Positions 1 to 12,300 of a stretch of DNA of 64,000 bases are shown here, piece by piece. Made by a program: the position numbers and the translations under genes. The stretch covers positions 16,244,001 to 16,308,000 of the forward strand of contig JBHGNT010000003.1 in NCBI GenBank assembly GCA_043228905.1, in the 5' to 3' direction. This stretch comes from Azolla caroliniana (Eukaryota; Plantae; Polypodiophyta). Numbering within the stretch: position 1 is the stretch's first letter; every line of letters begins with the position of its first letter. The notes beneath the pieces are model-generated. The model was not told where the DNA came from, did no database searches, and saw only the letters and a list, made by a program, of their open reading frames with translations.

Positions 1-2613
1 TGGAACCCCTTCACCACGATCCTGGTTTTGTAACTTGTACACCCACTTGTTTCAGAGTGCCCTCTTTCCTTTCGGCAACTCCACCAATTCATACGTGTGG
101 TTCTCATGCAGGGAATCCATCTCGTCTTGCATGGCACTCAACCACTTGCGGCTATGGGTGTCATCCTTTGCTTCCTCGAAGCTTTCCGGCTCCCCCTCAT
201 CGGTCAGCAGCACATGCTCTGCATCCGGAAATCTCCGGGGGGCCCTTCTGTCTCTGAGAGGATATCTCCGTCTTTGGCTTTCCGCAACCGGCTCCTATAT
301 TTGTTCTTCATCCGAATCCGATTCGGGGTCTTGGCTGGTTCCGGTTTCAGCTTCCTCTACTTCTTCTTCTGCCAGTTCGGTATCCTCACTGTAACCGACT
401 GGTTCCTTGAGTGTCAACCGGCTCTTAGCCGGGTGGCTCTGAATCTCATCGGAGTTCATTATCTTTTTCTCCGACTCCCAGTCGGCAAGACTATTGTCCT
501 CCATGAAGATAATATCTTGGCTCCGGAAAACCTTCTTGTCAACCGGATCCCACACTCAGTAGCCGAACTCATCATCGCCGTATCCGAGGAATATGCATGG
601 TCGGGTCTTTGGATCCAACTTTCCTCTCCGGTCCTTAGCAACATGCACGTACGCGAGACACCCGAACACCTTCAAATGCCGGTAGGAAACTTCCTTACCG
701 GTCCACACCTTTTGCGGCGTGTCTCCATCCAAGGGCACTGAGGGTGATCTGTTTATCACATACGTCGTTGTCGACAGTGCCTCAACCCAAAACGTCTTGG
801 GTATTTTAGCATGTGCTAGCATGCTCCAGCCCCTCTCCATTATGGTCTGGTTCATCCTCTCGGCTACCCTGTTTAGTTCCGGTGTCTTCGGCATGGTAAA
901 TTCGAGCTGGATTCCCTTCGAGCGGCAATACTCCTCGAATTGCCCCCGATATTCCCCTCCGTTATCTGCTCGAACTGCCTTCAACTTCCGTCCGGTTTTT
1001 CTTTCCACTCTTGCGTGGAGCTCCTTGAAGACGGATAACACCTGATCCTTTGTCTTCAACGGTGTGGCGCATAGTCACGAAGTACTGCGCTCCGGCATGG
1101 GATTTCGTGTCCACTTGACACACATTGGTATGCACCAACTCCAATGGTGCATTAGGTCTCATCGGTGACCTTGATTGGAAGGAGGTCCAATTTTGCTTAC
1201 CGGCTAGGCAGTTGGTCCACCTCTCAAGATTCACGTTCTTCACCGGAATGAGGTTGTCATCGGCAAGCCTCTTCATCCCCTTCACGTTCATGTGACACTG
1301 CCTCTTGTGCCAAAGCTCACCGGCAGTGTCGGAAGCCACACTTCTTCCGAGCATAACCAAGTATTCATTAGGTACAACATGATGACCTTCCGGGCCCGAG
1401 CCACTATCAGGCTCCCTTTGCTGAATTTCATGACTCCGTTCTAGATGCTACCCGTGTACCCTTCATCATCTAGCCGACCGGCTGATATCAGGTTCAGTTA
1501 AACCTCCCGAACATGTCGGACATCCTTCAGTAGCAGCTTGCATCTGGTTGGTGTTGTCAACCACATGTCTCCTATGCTGACAATTCGGCATGTACCTTCA
1601 TTCCCCATCCGGACACAGCCGTGATCACCGGTTGTGTAGGATGAGAAGTATTTTTGGTCCGGGGTAAGGTGGAACGACGCTCCGGAATCGACAACCCACG
1701 TTGTCTCGTCGCCGGCAAGGTTCAACTCACTCTCCTCGGTGATGAGCATCAACTCTTCTTCACTTGTTGCGATTGCCGTCGTTCCCTTCCGGTTCGTTCC
1801 CCTCTGGTCTTTACCATTCCAGTCCGGTGTCCGCTTCGAATCGGTACCGTCGGTTTCCTTGTCTTTTCGGAAGTGCCGACAGTTCTTCTCGAAGTGTCCC
1901 AACTTACCGCAATAGAAGCAAGTACGCCTCCCCCTTGACTTTGACTATGTCCCCGACTTTTCCCGGTTCTGGGGACTACGGTTCCTTTGTCTTCCGCGTT
2001 CCGATTCGGTAAGGAGCGCTTTGGAGTTGAAGCTTGTATCCTTGTCTTTCCAACGCGCCTCCTCATTTAGCAAGCTCGACTTCACTCTTGCTAGGGATAA
2101 CCGTTTCCCTTCCGGCCTGGCGTTGCCCAAAGTGACAACCAACGTCTCCCAGCTATCTGGGAGAGAACCGAGCAGGACTAGTGCTAGTACCTCATCGGCG
2201 AGAGGTACTTCCAATGATGTTGCCCGGTGGATCAGCCCTTGGAAGGCATTCATGTGCTCCACCATGCTGGAGCCATCTTGGTACCGGAGTCTTACTAGCT
2301 TCCGAAATACCGAAACCTGATTAATAACATTTTTGTTCTAAAACATAATGCCGATCTTCTCCCAGAGCTCATGAGCCTTGCTCTCTTCATTGAAGTTGTT
2401 GTATAGACTCATGTCGATGAAGCACCATATGTATGTCGTTGTCTTCATGTGCATCACCTCCCATATTGTGGCATCGATTTTGTTTGGTGTCTTGTCCCTG
2501 AACTGGACCGGCAACCAAAGATCTTTAACCACGAGCATGTCCCTCATCTTCGACTTCCTCACTGAGTAGTTGGAGCCGGTGAGCTTGAACATGCCTCCCA
2601 ATGAATCGTCCAT
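1..2613 (-). pseudogene. Copia gag-PR-INT polyprotein remnant with stops and frameshifts
   Basis: ORF fragments 2338-2679, 1945-2265, 1498-1902, 962-1360, 556-1059 and 295-555 carry copia motifs in order. Confidence 0.9.
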
Positions 2614-2629
2614 TTTTCTGCGTCGTTTT

Positions 2630-2641
2630 GCTCTGATACCA
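2630..2641 (-). promoter_or_regulatory. Primer-binding site, tRNA-iMet
   Basis: Reverse complement TGGTATCAGAGC, 3 nt from the LTR end. Confidence 0.9.
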
Positions 2642-2768
2642 ATTTGACGAGAAATATGCGGAATAATCTCCGGCCACAACTGAAGCGTAGATCACTTGAT
2701 GAAAATCAAACACAGAAGAAATTGGGATGGAGGTAAGTACACAAACAGAAAGAGAATACACAGGACGT

Positions 2769-3597
2769 TGTCGTAGTGTATTTCGTACACTACGTGAAAA
2801 AGTAAAAATAATATAACCGATTTAATTACATATAAATAAATAAAATAAGAATATCAAGATATTTATCACCAATAAATAAAATAAGAATATCAAGATATTT
2901 ATCACGTGCATAGGGCAAGATTTGAACCTGTACCTCCACGTAGCCAAACCTCAACTTTACCATTATACTACCTTATCTTTAGTGTTCTATAAATAGATTT
3001 AATAACTATAAGTGCTTTATTTGCGCCTACCTTTATTAAAAGGTAAATCGTGCATTTTTAGAGTGTGTGAATATTTTTATAGAAAAAAACGCAAGCAACT
3101 AAAAAGTGACTCGTGCACATCTAGCGTGCATGAGCACTATATTTAGCAAATAAAAGCAAGGATTAGAAAAGCATCACATGCATATTTAGTGTGCATGAAC
3201 ATATTAGAAAAAAAGCATGTAGCTATGCTTAGTCTCTCCCATCACTACATAAGGATGGGGAGCACAATGTAATAGGTGTGTGAAAAATATTTAGGAAATT
3301 GGATATATTTCCGAAAACACCAACCAATTAATATAATCGTGGGATTCACGAAAATAATATAATTATACTTGTGGGATTCACAAGTTTCTTATATCTTTCT
3401 TTCAATCTAAATACATATTCTTATCTAAATATTGATTAATCGAATACAATACACTCGTGGGATTCACGAGATTTCTATCTCTCTTTCTAATAATCTATTC
3501 ATTACTAGCCTCATCTCATATTCTTCTTTCTCCTAGTCCAAAACCTCGGCGGTTCCCACCCGACTCACGCAACGATCCGGAGCCGAAAGGCACGACA
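2769..3597 (+). repeat. 5' LTR of element G
   Basis: 829-bp direct repeat of 5526-6353. Confidence 0.95.
2912..2972 (-). ncRNA. tRNA-like Pol III A/B-box module in LTR (second copy 5669-5729)
   Basis: Minus strand TAGTATAATGG (A-box-like, 2970-2960) and GGTTCAAATCT (B-box-like, 2928-2918) at tRNA-like spacing. Confidence 0.55.
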
Positions 3598-3601
3598 CAG
3601 T

Positions 3602-3619
3602 TGGTGAACCCGACGTGAA
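3602..3619 (+). promoter_or_regulatory. Primer-binding site, tRNA-Trp
   Basis: TGGTGAACCCGACGTGAA, complementary to the 3' end of plant cytosolic tRNA-Trp (...TTCACGTCGGGTTCACCA, from memory). Confidence 0.85.
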
Positions 3620-3635
3620 GGCGGGTGGCAAGGAG

Positions 3636-5573
3636 ATGGAGAATCAACAAGAGGCAATGAGCATAACGATGATGATGATGTTCGAGCGGATGCTACAAGA
3701 ACAACGAGTGATGTCGGAGATCACGGGGGCAGTAAAGCGGCTCGTACAACGAAACGGACAATTCAACGGAAACGATGTGTCATGCTATCTACGTGACTAC
3801 AAGGCGGAGATGATACGATGTGGGATACCGGAAGGATTGCAAGTGACATCCTTCAATCGGGTGGCCACGAATGAGCTACAAGAAAGAATCTACAAGATAC
3901 GGCAACAAAACTCGACATGGGGGTCATTCGAAGAAGCTTTACGAGAGACATATGATTACAAGAGATCAAAGGGACAAGATCGGCGAAAATTCGACGAATG
4001 GGTGGCATCGGAGAAGACCCACCGAAGTGCAACACAAGCATTCCTAGAGTTCGAGCATCGTCTTGCTCAACTCTCGGAGCGGGAACAACGATTGGTGGGG
4101 GAGGATAAAGTCCTAATGTTCGTAAAATCGATCGATCGAAAAGAAAGGAAGGACATTGGGATCGAACTCGAAGATGATGACGGTGCGAACGGCCTTACCG
4201 AGGATTGGGCTAAAGTCGAAAGGGTATGCCGAAGACATGATGAAAGGAAGCTAAGAATCTCGTCAACAACGACATGGCCCATGAAGGATGGTCGATTGAG
4301 GAAAAACGATGAAGCCAATATGAAGGCCGAAATACAACATGATGGTACCACGGGAGAAAGAGTGGAACAAGACACCCACTCGTCTTGTGAAAGAACGATG
4401 GCGAAGGATAAGGCTGATAATTCAAGTGTAGAAGGAAATTTCGGGATACAAGTGCCCGAGACATCGGGTCAAAAAGGGGTAAGCATAATAGATGTTTGCA
4501 TAATTGATGCAGATAAAGAGTGTGAAGCGGATGTGATTAAGGAGGTAGCCACAAAAGACGAAATCGAATCGGAGGTGGCTATGGACGAATCAATGGCGGA
4601 TTGCCATATCGAGACTTCCCCACCACTGATTCCAGAGACTCCGGCGGTTGCGATCGAAAGGCAACGTGAGACCGAAGAGACGGAAGGTGGCGGAGAGAAA
4701 ACGAATGTCGAAGCCGACGAATACGATGAAGAGATAGCCAAGGAGAACATGGCTATGGGTGAAACAACGGAAGATGATAATACCGAGGATTCCTACCCAC
4801 TAATTCTAGAGACTTCGGCGGTTGTGTCTGAGAACCAACGTGAGACCGGAGAGACGGGAGGTGGCAACAAGGAAGGTAAAGTCGGAAGCCGGTTCGGATG
4901 GAAGATGATCCGTCTGAAATTCCGATGTAAACAAAAGCATGACAACGCGAAGGTCGGGTCTACGATGGGAGAAGTATGTAATACGGAGCACGCACTACGG
5001 CACCAAAAGAAGCACGTGCTACGGCGTAAAGAGAAGCACACGCTACGGCGCAAAAAGAAGCACGCGCTACGGTGCAAAAATAAGCATGCACTACGGGGTA
5101 ATACGGCGCATGCACTACGATGGAATACGAAGCATGCGCTACGGCCTAATACGACGCATGCGCAACATCGAGAAATAAAGCATGCATTAAAGCCGCACAA
5201 GGACCTAACAGCGAGCGCGTATTCGGAGGTCGACATCGACGCGTGGGTAGAACCTACGGAAGACAAGCGCGGAGTGGAGAGAGACAACACACCGAGATGC
5301 TCAAGAGTACCACAAGGGACCATGACAACCACTCATGGCAATGCAAAGAATGAACAAAGAATATGGTGGATCGGATGGCGACAATGGTTCGGGTGGAAAG
5401 AATGCGTCTACTCAAAATGGAGAGACAAAGTTGACATAGCGGGACAAACGGAGGATGAAGGGGAGACAACAAGCATCGGCAACTTCGGCACATACCGGAG
5501 GATGTGCGGGTTCGGAGGGGGCGAGTGTCGTAGTGTATTTCGTACACTACGTGAAAAAGTAAAAATAATATAA
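3636..5573 (+). CDS. Gag-like protein of element G: capsid-like N-terminus, acidic middle, HALR octapeptide repeats
   Basis: Uninterrupted ORF (3615-5573, first ATG 3636). GQFNGNDVSCYLRDYKAEM and EDDDGANGLTEDW align with B Gag GQFDGRNVTKFLDAYKREM and KDDTQANGLVADW. Stop lies inside the 3' LTR. Confidence 0.8.
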   Translation: MENQQEAMSITMMMMFERMLQEQRVMSEITGAVKRLVQRNGQFNGNDVSCYLRDYKAEMIRCGIPEGLQVTSFNRVATNELQERIYKIRQQNSTWGSFEEALRETYDYKRSKGQDRRKFDEWVASEKTHRSATQAFLEFEHRLAQLSEREQRLVGEDKVLMFVKSIDRKERKDIGIELEDDDGANGLTEDWAKVERVCRRHDERKLRISSTTTWPMKDGRLRKNDEANMKAEIQHDGTTGERVEQDTHSSCERTMAKDKADNSSVEGNFGIQVPETSGQKGVSIIDVCIIDADKECEADVIKEVATKDEIESEVAMDESMADCHIETSPPLIPETPAVAIERQRETEETEGGGEKTNVEADEYDEEIAKENMAMGETTEDDNTEDSYPLILETSAVVSENQRETGETGGGNKEGKVGSRFGWKMIRLKFRCKQKHDNAKVGSTMGEVCNTEHALRHQKKHVLRRKEKHTLRRKKKHALRCKNKHALRGNTAHALRWNTKHALRPNTTHAQHREIKHALKPHKDLTASAYSEVDIDAWVEPTEDKRGVERDNTPRCSRVPQGTMTTTHGNAKNEQRIWWIGWRQWFGWKECVYSKWRDKVDIAGQTEDEGETTSIGNFGTYRRMCGFGGGECRSVFRTLREKVKII

Positions 5574-6353
5574 CCGATTTAATTACATATAAATAAATAA
5601 AATAAGAATATCAAGATATTTATCACCAATAAATAAAATAAGAATATCAAGATATTTATCACGTGCATAGGGCAAGATTTGAACCTGTACCTCCACGTAG
5701 CCAAACCTCAACTTTACCATTATACTACCTTATCTTTAGTGTTCTATAAATAGATTTAATAACTATAAGTGCTTTATTTGCGCCTACCTTTATTAAAAGG
5801 TAAATCGTGCATTTTTAGAGTGTGTGAATATTTTTATAGAAAAAACGCAAGCAACTAAAAAGTGACTCGTGCACATCTAGCGTGCATGAGCACTATATTT
5901 AGCAAATAAAAGCAAGGATTAGAAAAGCATCACATGCATATTTAGTGTGCATGAACATATTAGAAAAAAAGCATGTAGCTATGCTTAGTCTCTCCCATCA
6001 CTACATAAGGATGGGGAGCACAATGTAATAGGTGTGTGAAAAATATTTAGGAAATTGGATATATTTCCGAAAACACCAACCAATTAATATAATCGTGGGA
6101 TTCACGAAAATAATATAATTATACTTGTGGGATTCACAAGTTTCTTATATCTTTCTTTCAATCTAAATACATATTCTTATCTAAATATTGATTAATCGAA
6201 TACAATACACTCGTGGGATTCACGAGATTTCTATCTCTCTTTCTAATAATCTATTCATTACTAGCCTCATCTCATATTCTTCTTTCTCCTAGTCCAAAAC
6301 CTCGGCGGTTCCCACCCGACTCACGCAACGATCCGGAGCCGAAAGGCACGACA
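5526..6353 (+). repeat. 3' LTR of element G
   Basis: 828-bp direct repeat of 2769-3597. Confidence 0.95.
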
Positions 6354-6508
6354 ACGTTAACGTGGAAAACCCTAAGAGGGAAAAACCACGGGAGTGCACA
6401 GACTCCAAACTATCACTATGTCGATGAGTACAACAGGGAGACTAGAGGCAACGACCTCTTGCTCACAATCTTCGCCTGGCGGCGGTTACAATAGAGACAT
6501 GCTCTGTA

Positions 6509-6544
<36 letters not shown>

Positions 6545-6816
6545 TAGAGTCGTTACACCAATTATGCTATACAAAGATAATAAAAGCAACAATAATATAC
6601 ACACTGTTTGCCCTAGGTCACATTTATACTAATATGACATTAGGACTATTTACAGATATAGTCCCAATGGGCTCTCAGAAACATATCTACATATATGTCC
6701 CTTCATCCGGTGAGAGGTTCTCATCGGGCCTGCAACATCCGGTTCTCACCGGGTCTTCCTTGTCGGGTACTCGTCATCCGGTTCTCACTGGGTCTACATC
6801 ATCCGGTTCTCACCGG

Positions 6817-7967
6817 TGTCGTGAAGATTTTCGGCAATGGTGTGAAAATCACATAAAACGTACAAAATCGAGTATGAATCACATAAAACAATAATAATGA
6901 AGATAACATTTTAAATAAGTTTAATATCTAAGTACAAAATGATGGAGGTCTTTAAGAACTTTCGAATGCACTTTACTATATAAGAAACATACATCTAAGT
7001 GTCAACTTATGTGGGTAAGAAGTTGCGAAAGAAAAAGAGAAAATTGTGAGATATCCCACATAGACAAGACGAATAAGGCTCTCACCATATATAAGGTAGA
7101 GAAAAAGTTATAATCTTTGTGTCTATGTGTGGAGCATAGAGAGTTCAAGGTAACTTGAACTAAGAGTGGAGGTGGCCTAGCCACTTGCAACGGTTTTGGC
7201 CAACCAAAACCAGACCGACGATGGAGCCGGTGATCTAGCGGCAGCCGACAAAGCGACGGTGGCACACCGGCAACCGGTGATTCGGCGAGCCGGTGGAACC
7301 GACATCCGGCAGTGGACACCGGTAACCGGCGGCAACCGATGAGGCGGCAGGAACCAGTAATCGGCGGTATCCGGCAAACCGGCCGGAAACCGGCATCCGG
7401 CGTTCGACGACTAGATAAATAAATATATAAATATGTATACATATACAAGGAGGGCAAGTAAGGATTCGAACCTTGAACCTCCAAGTTAGACAATTGGCTT
7501 ACCACTAAGCCAAGATATTTAGTTGAAATTATATTTCTATCATCGTACTTTTACATGTAAATTCTTATGCATGAGAGCTAAAATGAGTGACATGGTTATC
7601 ATGCACCACATGTAATACATAAGCGCCAAATGGCAAACATGCATCATATGCATGGGGGCATCTATAAAAGGATGGATAAAAATGTATTATGGATCCATGT
7701 ATGAACGAAGAAATGAATGAGAAGGAAATTCATTGATGATATATCTTGTTTCTTAAATCAAGAGTTAAAATCTTAATCTCAATATCTCTCTCTTGGCCAT
7801 ATCAATCTTTCTCAATCTAAGTCGAGCGTTTAATCTTAATCTCTTTCTCTCTCTCAATCTATCCTAAATACTTTCTCGCTAAGCTTGGTGCGAACTTCGA
7901 TCCTTCCGGTCCAGAACCTCGGCGGTTGCGGCTCGCGATCCGCGCCTAGTGACGGATCTTCACGACA
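6817..7967 (+). mobile_element. Solo LTR of the B-type gypsy family
   Basis: TGTCGTGAAGAT...ATCTTCACGACA termini, 4-bp TSD CCGG (6813-6816, 7968-7971), homologous to 35148-36239. Confidence 0.92.
7453..7514 (-). ncRNA. tRNA-like Pol III A/B-box module in solo LTR (best-preserved copy)
   Basis: TGGCTTAGTGG (7512-7502), D-stem GCTT/AAGC, CCAA/TTGG arm, perfect GGTTCGAATCC (7472-7462). No acceptor stem. Confidence 0.65.
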
Positions 7968-8187
7968 CCGGGTCTTCCTTGCTGGGTACTCGTCATCCGG
8001 TTCTCACCGGGTCTGCATCAACTGGTTCTGGGTACTCCACATCCGGTTCTCACCGGGTCTTCCGTTGCCGGGTACTCCACATCCGATTCTCACTAGGTCT
8101 TCCTTGCTGGGTACTCCACATCCGGTTCTCACCCGGTCATCTGATGACGGGCCCTCGTATCCCATCCGGAGGGACCGAGATCCTAAA

Positions 8188-11100
8188 GGCTTCTGTCGCC
8201 TATGCTGAGCCCGCACTCTAGGTGGTTTGTTGGGAGGTCTCCCTCCTTGGCGCGCAAGACCCCACTCGGTTCAACGAGCCCGTGCGCTCCCTGAAGGCGG
8301 CTTGGCATAGGAGGCAGTCATTCCGGAAGAGGCGTGCCATGCACAAGAGTTCCGTTGTGCGGACGAGCCCGAGAGCTCCCCGATCGGCCCCAAGATGCAA
8401 GTTCCCTCTTCCACTCCATGTGGAACTGGCATCGCAACGAGCGTTGCGTGTGTAGTTGTCTGTGTGTCTCCGGTTAGCGTAGGGTCCGAGAGCGGGTGTG
8501 TGTGTGGTCGCCGGTGTAGAGGTGCCAGTTGTAACCGGGTGTGTATATGTGTGTGTGCATGTGTGCGGGCGTGGTTAACCGGGCCAAGTCCCGGGCCTCT
8601 TTTGGGCCCCTCGTACATACGGGCGAAAGGGGTGGCAAGGACAAGGGCGCACTCTCTTGCTTCCCATGCGGTTATCGGTCGTGTCCGGAGAGTATCTGGG
8701 ATCGAATTGGCCAGCAACGCGGCAAGCTCTGGAAAATTCGGGTCCCCGACAACTCCTCCCCTCCTGGTCCATGACCCTGGTGGTCCCGCCTAGATCTGAC
8801 ATGCCAACATGGAATACCGCGACATCTTTGGTGAACCCGACGTGAAGGGCAGCAAGGGAGGATGGAGTTTGAGGCTGAAGACTTCGAGAAGGTGAGTCGA
8901 GAAGCGGCGCATCGAGATGGGCGAGGTCGTAGAAGTCGACCATTACAACGGGGATAGAGTCCCACGAGTTTTACCGAAGGCTCGACTGTCCAACATAAAG
9001 AGGAGGAGCTCCGAGTACCTGACATAGCGTGGTCACCCAGAAGTGAAACGAAGATGGCGTGCGACGACACGACATCACAGTAGGAAGGGAGTGCGCGGAC
9101 GAGACAGACGTGGTCGAGCCAGAGGCCAAGCGGAGCACGACGATGCTGGTATGAGAGAGGGTGTGAGAGAAAGACCGATTGGGCAAAGGTCAAGAATCGG
9201 GAAGAAGATGATCGAGGGTACGGAACGAGTCCGGCAAGATCTGCATCAGAGCTAAAACTCCAAACATTGGAGAATCAAGCCCAGGCGGGGCTTGATCGAT
9301 CATAGAGCGGATGCTTTCCACCGACACCACTATAAGGGTCGGTGGCCCCAGATGAGTCATTGGGAGTTGTTACGAAATCAGTGTCCCCACATCTTGACTA
9401 TAGACTTCGGCAGTTCAGCCGGCGTGGCAACGTGAGACTGAAAGAGATGGGAGATGGAGGCGGGAGCACAACAAGGAGAGCGACGACGAGTTCGAGAGAA
9501 GTACAAGGGACGAAGCGAAGAAAGAAGATTGGTCCTATGGGTCACCTCACACCGGATCTAGAGACTTTGGCGCTCGGCATCGGATCCGACGTAAGAAAGA
9601 TACTGATAGTGGCGGCAGGGGAACGGGACCTGGCAATCCAGAGAATGAAAGACGGACCAAGACGAGAACAAGGCAGAGGGGACTTCCGGATAATCGATCT
9701 GGGAGGGAGGAGAGAGCAGGCCTACGGAGAGGCCAAGAACACGGTACATCGGTACCACGGGAGAGGGTGTGGAGCGAGCCACCCTCTCGACTTACGGAGG
9801 AAGACGAACCGAGATAAGGGTCCGAGATACGACAAGCCCAAGGAGGATCCTTCACACTGGTTCTAGAGATTCCGGTGGTCGGCCCGAGAGCTGGCGTGAG
9901 ACCTAGAGTGACGAACGGTGGTGGTGAGGGGACGAAGGTAAAGGACTACGGATGGGCGGTCTACGGAGATCCTCACACCGATCCGGCGGTCGGCCCGAGT
10001 GCCGACGTGAGTCGTATAGGAGAGAATGGTGGCGGCAAGTGAACGTGACCAGTGGAAGGGGCCGATGTGAAGGTTGGGACTATGGCGAGAGAAAAGCGGC
10101 AAGCGGTGCTGCCGCGACCTTACACACACCGGTTGTAGATACTCTGGCAGTTGGCAACGAGAGTCGGCGTGAGACCTAGAGGGAAGAACGGTGGCGGCGG
10201 CAAGGCGGGCAACCGAAAACGAAAAAGGGGAGGTCCCATAGAGACACTCACACCAATCCGGAGACTCTGGAAGCCGGCAACGAGAGCCGACGTAAGACCT
10301 AGAGAGAAGGACGGTGGCGGCAGGAGAACGTGATCGGACGGCGGAAATAGAGCGGAAGGAGATATGAGGCCGGGGAGGTGGCCGAACCGGATATGGACCC
10401 GAACGGCAGAGTCGGCAAGATAAAGATGGGACGCGCTTGGTACACGAGTCGGTGACCCAACAAACCGGAGGCCCAAGAAGGATCCTTCACACCTGTTCGG
10501 AGACCCCAACAGTTCGGTCGACGTAGAAACGTGAGACCGAGGGTAATGGAAGATGGCGGCAAGGGGATGAAGGTGACAATAGCAACGACACTGACCATCC
10601 AAGGCGTTACGTAAACGAAGAAGGCCATGCAGGCCGGGACGCAGCAAGGGTGATCTTCCGATAAGCTGCTAGGGACACCCGGTTGAGGAGTGGTGTGCCG
10701 AGCTGGAAATGGCACACCCGAAAGTGGATCGGAAGACGTGCATATGACCATCGAGGGCTGGTTCGAAGCACGATTACGGGACGGTGTTCGGCACAGGCAA
10801 TGCCGAACATGGACGACGGAAGACGACACACGGTGGTGCTGGGAACGAGGGAACCGAGCGCGGAGTAGACTGCATGGGTCGGTAGCCGGAAACGGTATCA
10901 AAGGTCAGAGAAGGATCCTCCACGCCTACATTAGAGATATCGGTGGCTCAGTCAGAGTGGCAACGACTGGCGTGGCAAGCCATGCTAAGAAAACGAGCTG
11001 GTGGGGGCGAGGGGACTATGGTGAGCGGATGATACTGATCCGACTACTGCAGCGCACAACGAAAGGGGGGCCAAGCGGGCTAATACGGGGTGATCCTCGG

Positions 11101-12300
11101 GCACGGAGGACACTAGCATGCAGAAAGGCGTCGATGCACGATCTGGCTGGGCAAGGGCCGACGACGCGTGCATGGGAAGTAATCCGAGTTCAACACGGGC
11201 GGTGCCAAACAATGAAGGGGAATGCGCGGCACACAGAGGTGCTAGAGCGGGAGTACAGGCGCGAAGGATGGTTGTTAGTTCAGGTGATGTCGCGTAGAAG
11301 GCCGGAGAGGGATCCTCCACACCGGTTCCCGAGACCTTGGTAGTTCGAGCTGACATGGCAACGTAAGACTGAGGAGAAGGAAGGTGGTGGCAAGGGGACG
11401 AAGGCGATGGACGACAAGGGATGGCACCCAAGACAACGCGGAGGTCTACGGAGGCTAAGCAGGCCATCACGGGTGCTCCTCGGACAAGGGACACCGCATA
11501 TCCGGAGGAACAGGAAGCGTGCAGGCTATCGAGAGAAGGGCAAACAAGGGAGCACGCGCAGGAGGGGTCGCGACACGAACCTATCGACGGGATGAACGAG
11601 CCTATGGAGAGGCGAGCGTGCGTAGGAAATGTGTTCGGTCGTGGCAGGCAACGTGCAGACTTTCTCTGCTTTTTCCTGAGTTCCTGCTCGTTGGCTCTCA
11701 GCACTACGTTGTCCGACATGTCTGCGAGTGTGTGTGTAGGTATTGGCTTCTGTGACCTATGCAGAGCCTGCGCGCTAGGTGGTTCGTTAGCAGTCATTCC
11801 GAAAGAGGCGTGCCCTGCATGAGGGTCCCGTTGCGCGGACGAGCCCGAGAGCTCCCCGATTGGCCCCAAGATGCAGCCTCCCTCTTCCTCTCCGTGTGGA
11901 ATTGACATCCCAGCGAGCGTTGCGTGTGTAGGTGTGTGTGTGTCTTCCATTAGCGTAGGGTTCGAGAGCGAGCGTGTGTGTGGTCGTTGGTGTAGAGGTG
12001 CTGGTTGTAACTAGGTGCGTATATGTGTGTGTGCGTGTGTGCGGGCGCGGTTAACCGGGCCGAGTCCCATGCCTCTTTTGGGCCCCTCGTACATACGGGC
12101 GAAAGAGGTGGCAAGGACAAGGGCGTTCTCTCTTGTTTCTCGCGCGGTTATCAGTCGTGTCCAGAGAGTATCCGGGATCGAACTGGCCAACAACGCGGCA
12201 AGCTCCGGAGGATTCGGTTCCCTGGCAACTCCTCCCCTCTTGGTCCATAACCCTAGTGGTCCCGCCCGGATCCGACATGCAAGCGCGGAATACTGCGACA
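8188..12300 (+). mobile_element. Non-autonomous, non-coding LTR element D (LARD-like), tRNA-Trp primed; 5' LTR cut by copia A
   Basis: Diverged direct repeats 8188-8824 and ~11566-12300, both ending GCGACA. Perfect Trp PBS 8829-8846. Purine-rich repetitive interior without gag or pol motifs. Confidence 0.8.

Larger units (their letters stand above)
2769..6353 (+). mobile_element. Non-autonomous gag-only Ty3/gypsy element G (TR-GAG-like), young
   Basis: LTRs 2769-3597 and 5526-6353 (TGTCGT...ACGACA; one 1-bp indel seen). 4-bp TSD ACGT (2765-2768, 6354-6357). tRNA-Trp PBS, G-rich PPT before 5526, no pol. Confidence 0.93.
6735..8135. repeat. ~36-bp tandem repeats (CATCCGGTTCTCACCGGGTCTTCC...) in copia A LTR, split by the solo LTR
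   Basis: Units at 6735-6816 and 7968-8135; the same array occurs at about 48782-48995. Confidence 0.8.
1..8187 (-). mobile_element. Ty1/copia element A (degenerate, runs off the left edge); 5' LTR at 2645-~8187 split by two gypsy insertions
   Basis: Minus-strand gag (from 2613), CCHC, PR (WVVDSGAS) and INT (ADNGGEY, AERMN) fragments. PBS TGGTATCAGAGC at 2630-2641. LTR pieces 2645-2768, 6358-6816 and 7972-8187 match the related LTR at 48285-49026. Confidence 0.9.

Noticed and set aside
7453-7514. Functional tRNA gene
   Set aside because: No acceptor-stem pairing and an irregular anticodon loop; kept only as a tRNA-like module.
6735-8135. CRISPR-like array of ~36-bp repeats (also 48782-48995)
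   Set aside because: Head-to-tail degenerate units with no unique spacers, inside a eukaryotic LTR, no cas genes.
8847-11950. ORFs of 100-320 aa in element D
   Set aside because: GC-rich repetitive sequence, overlapping ORFs on both strands, no recognisable motifs.
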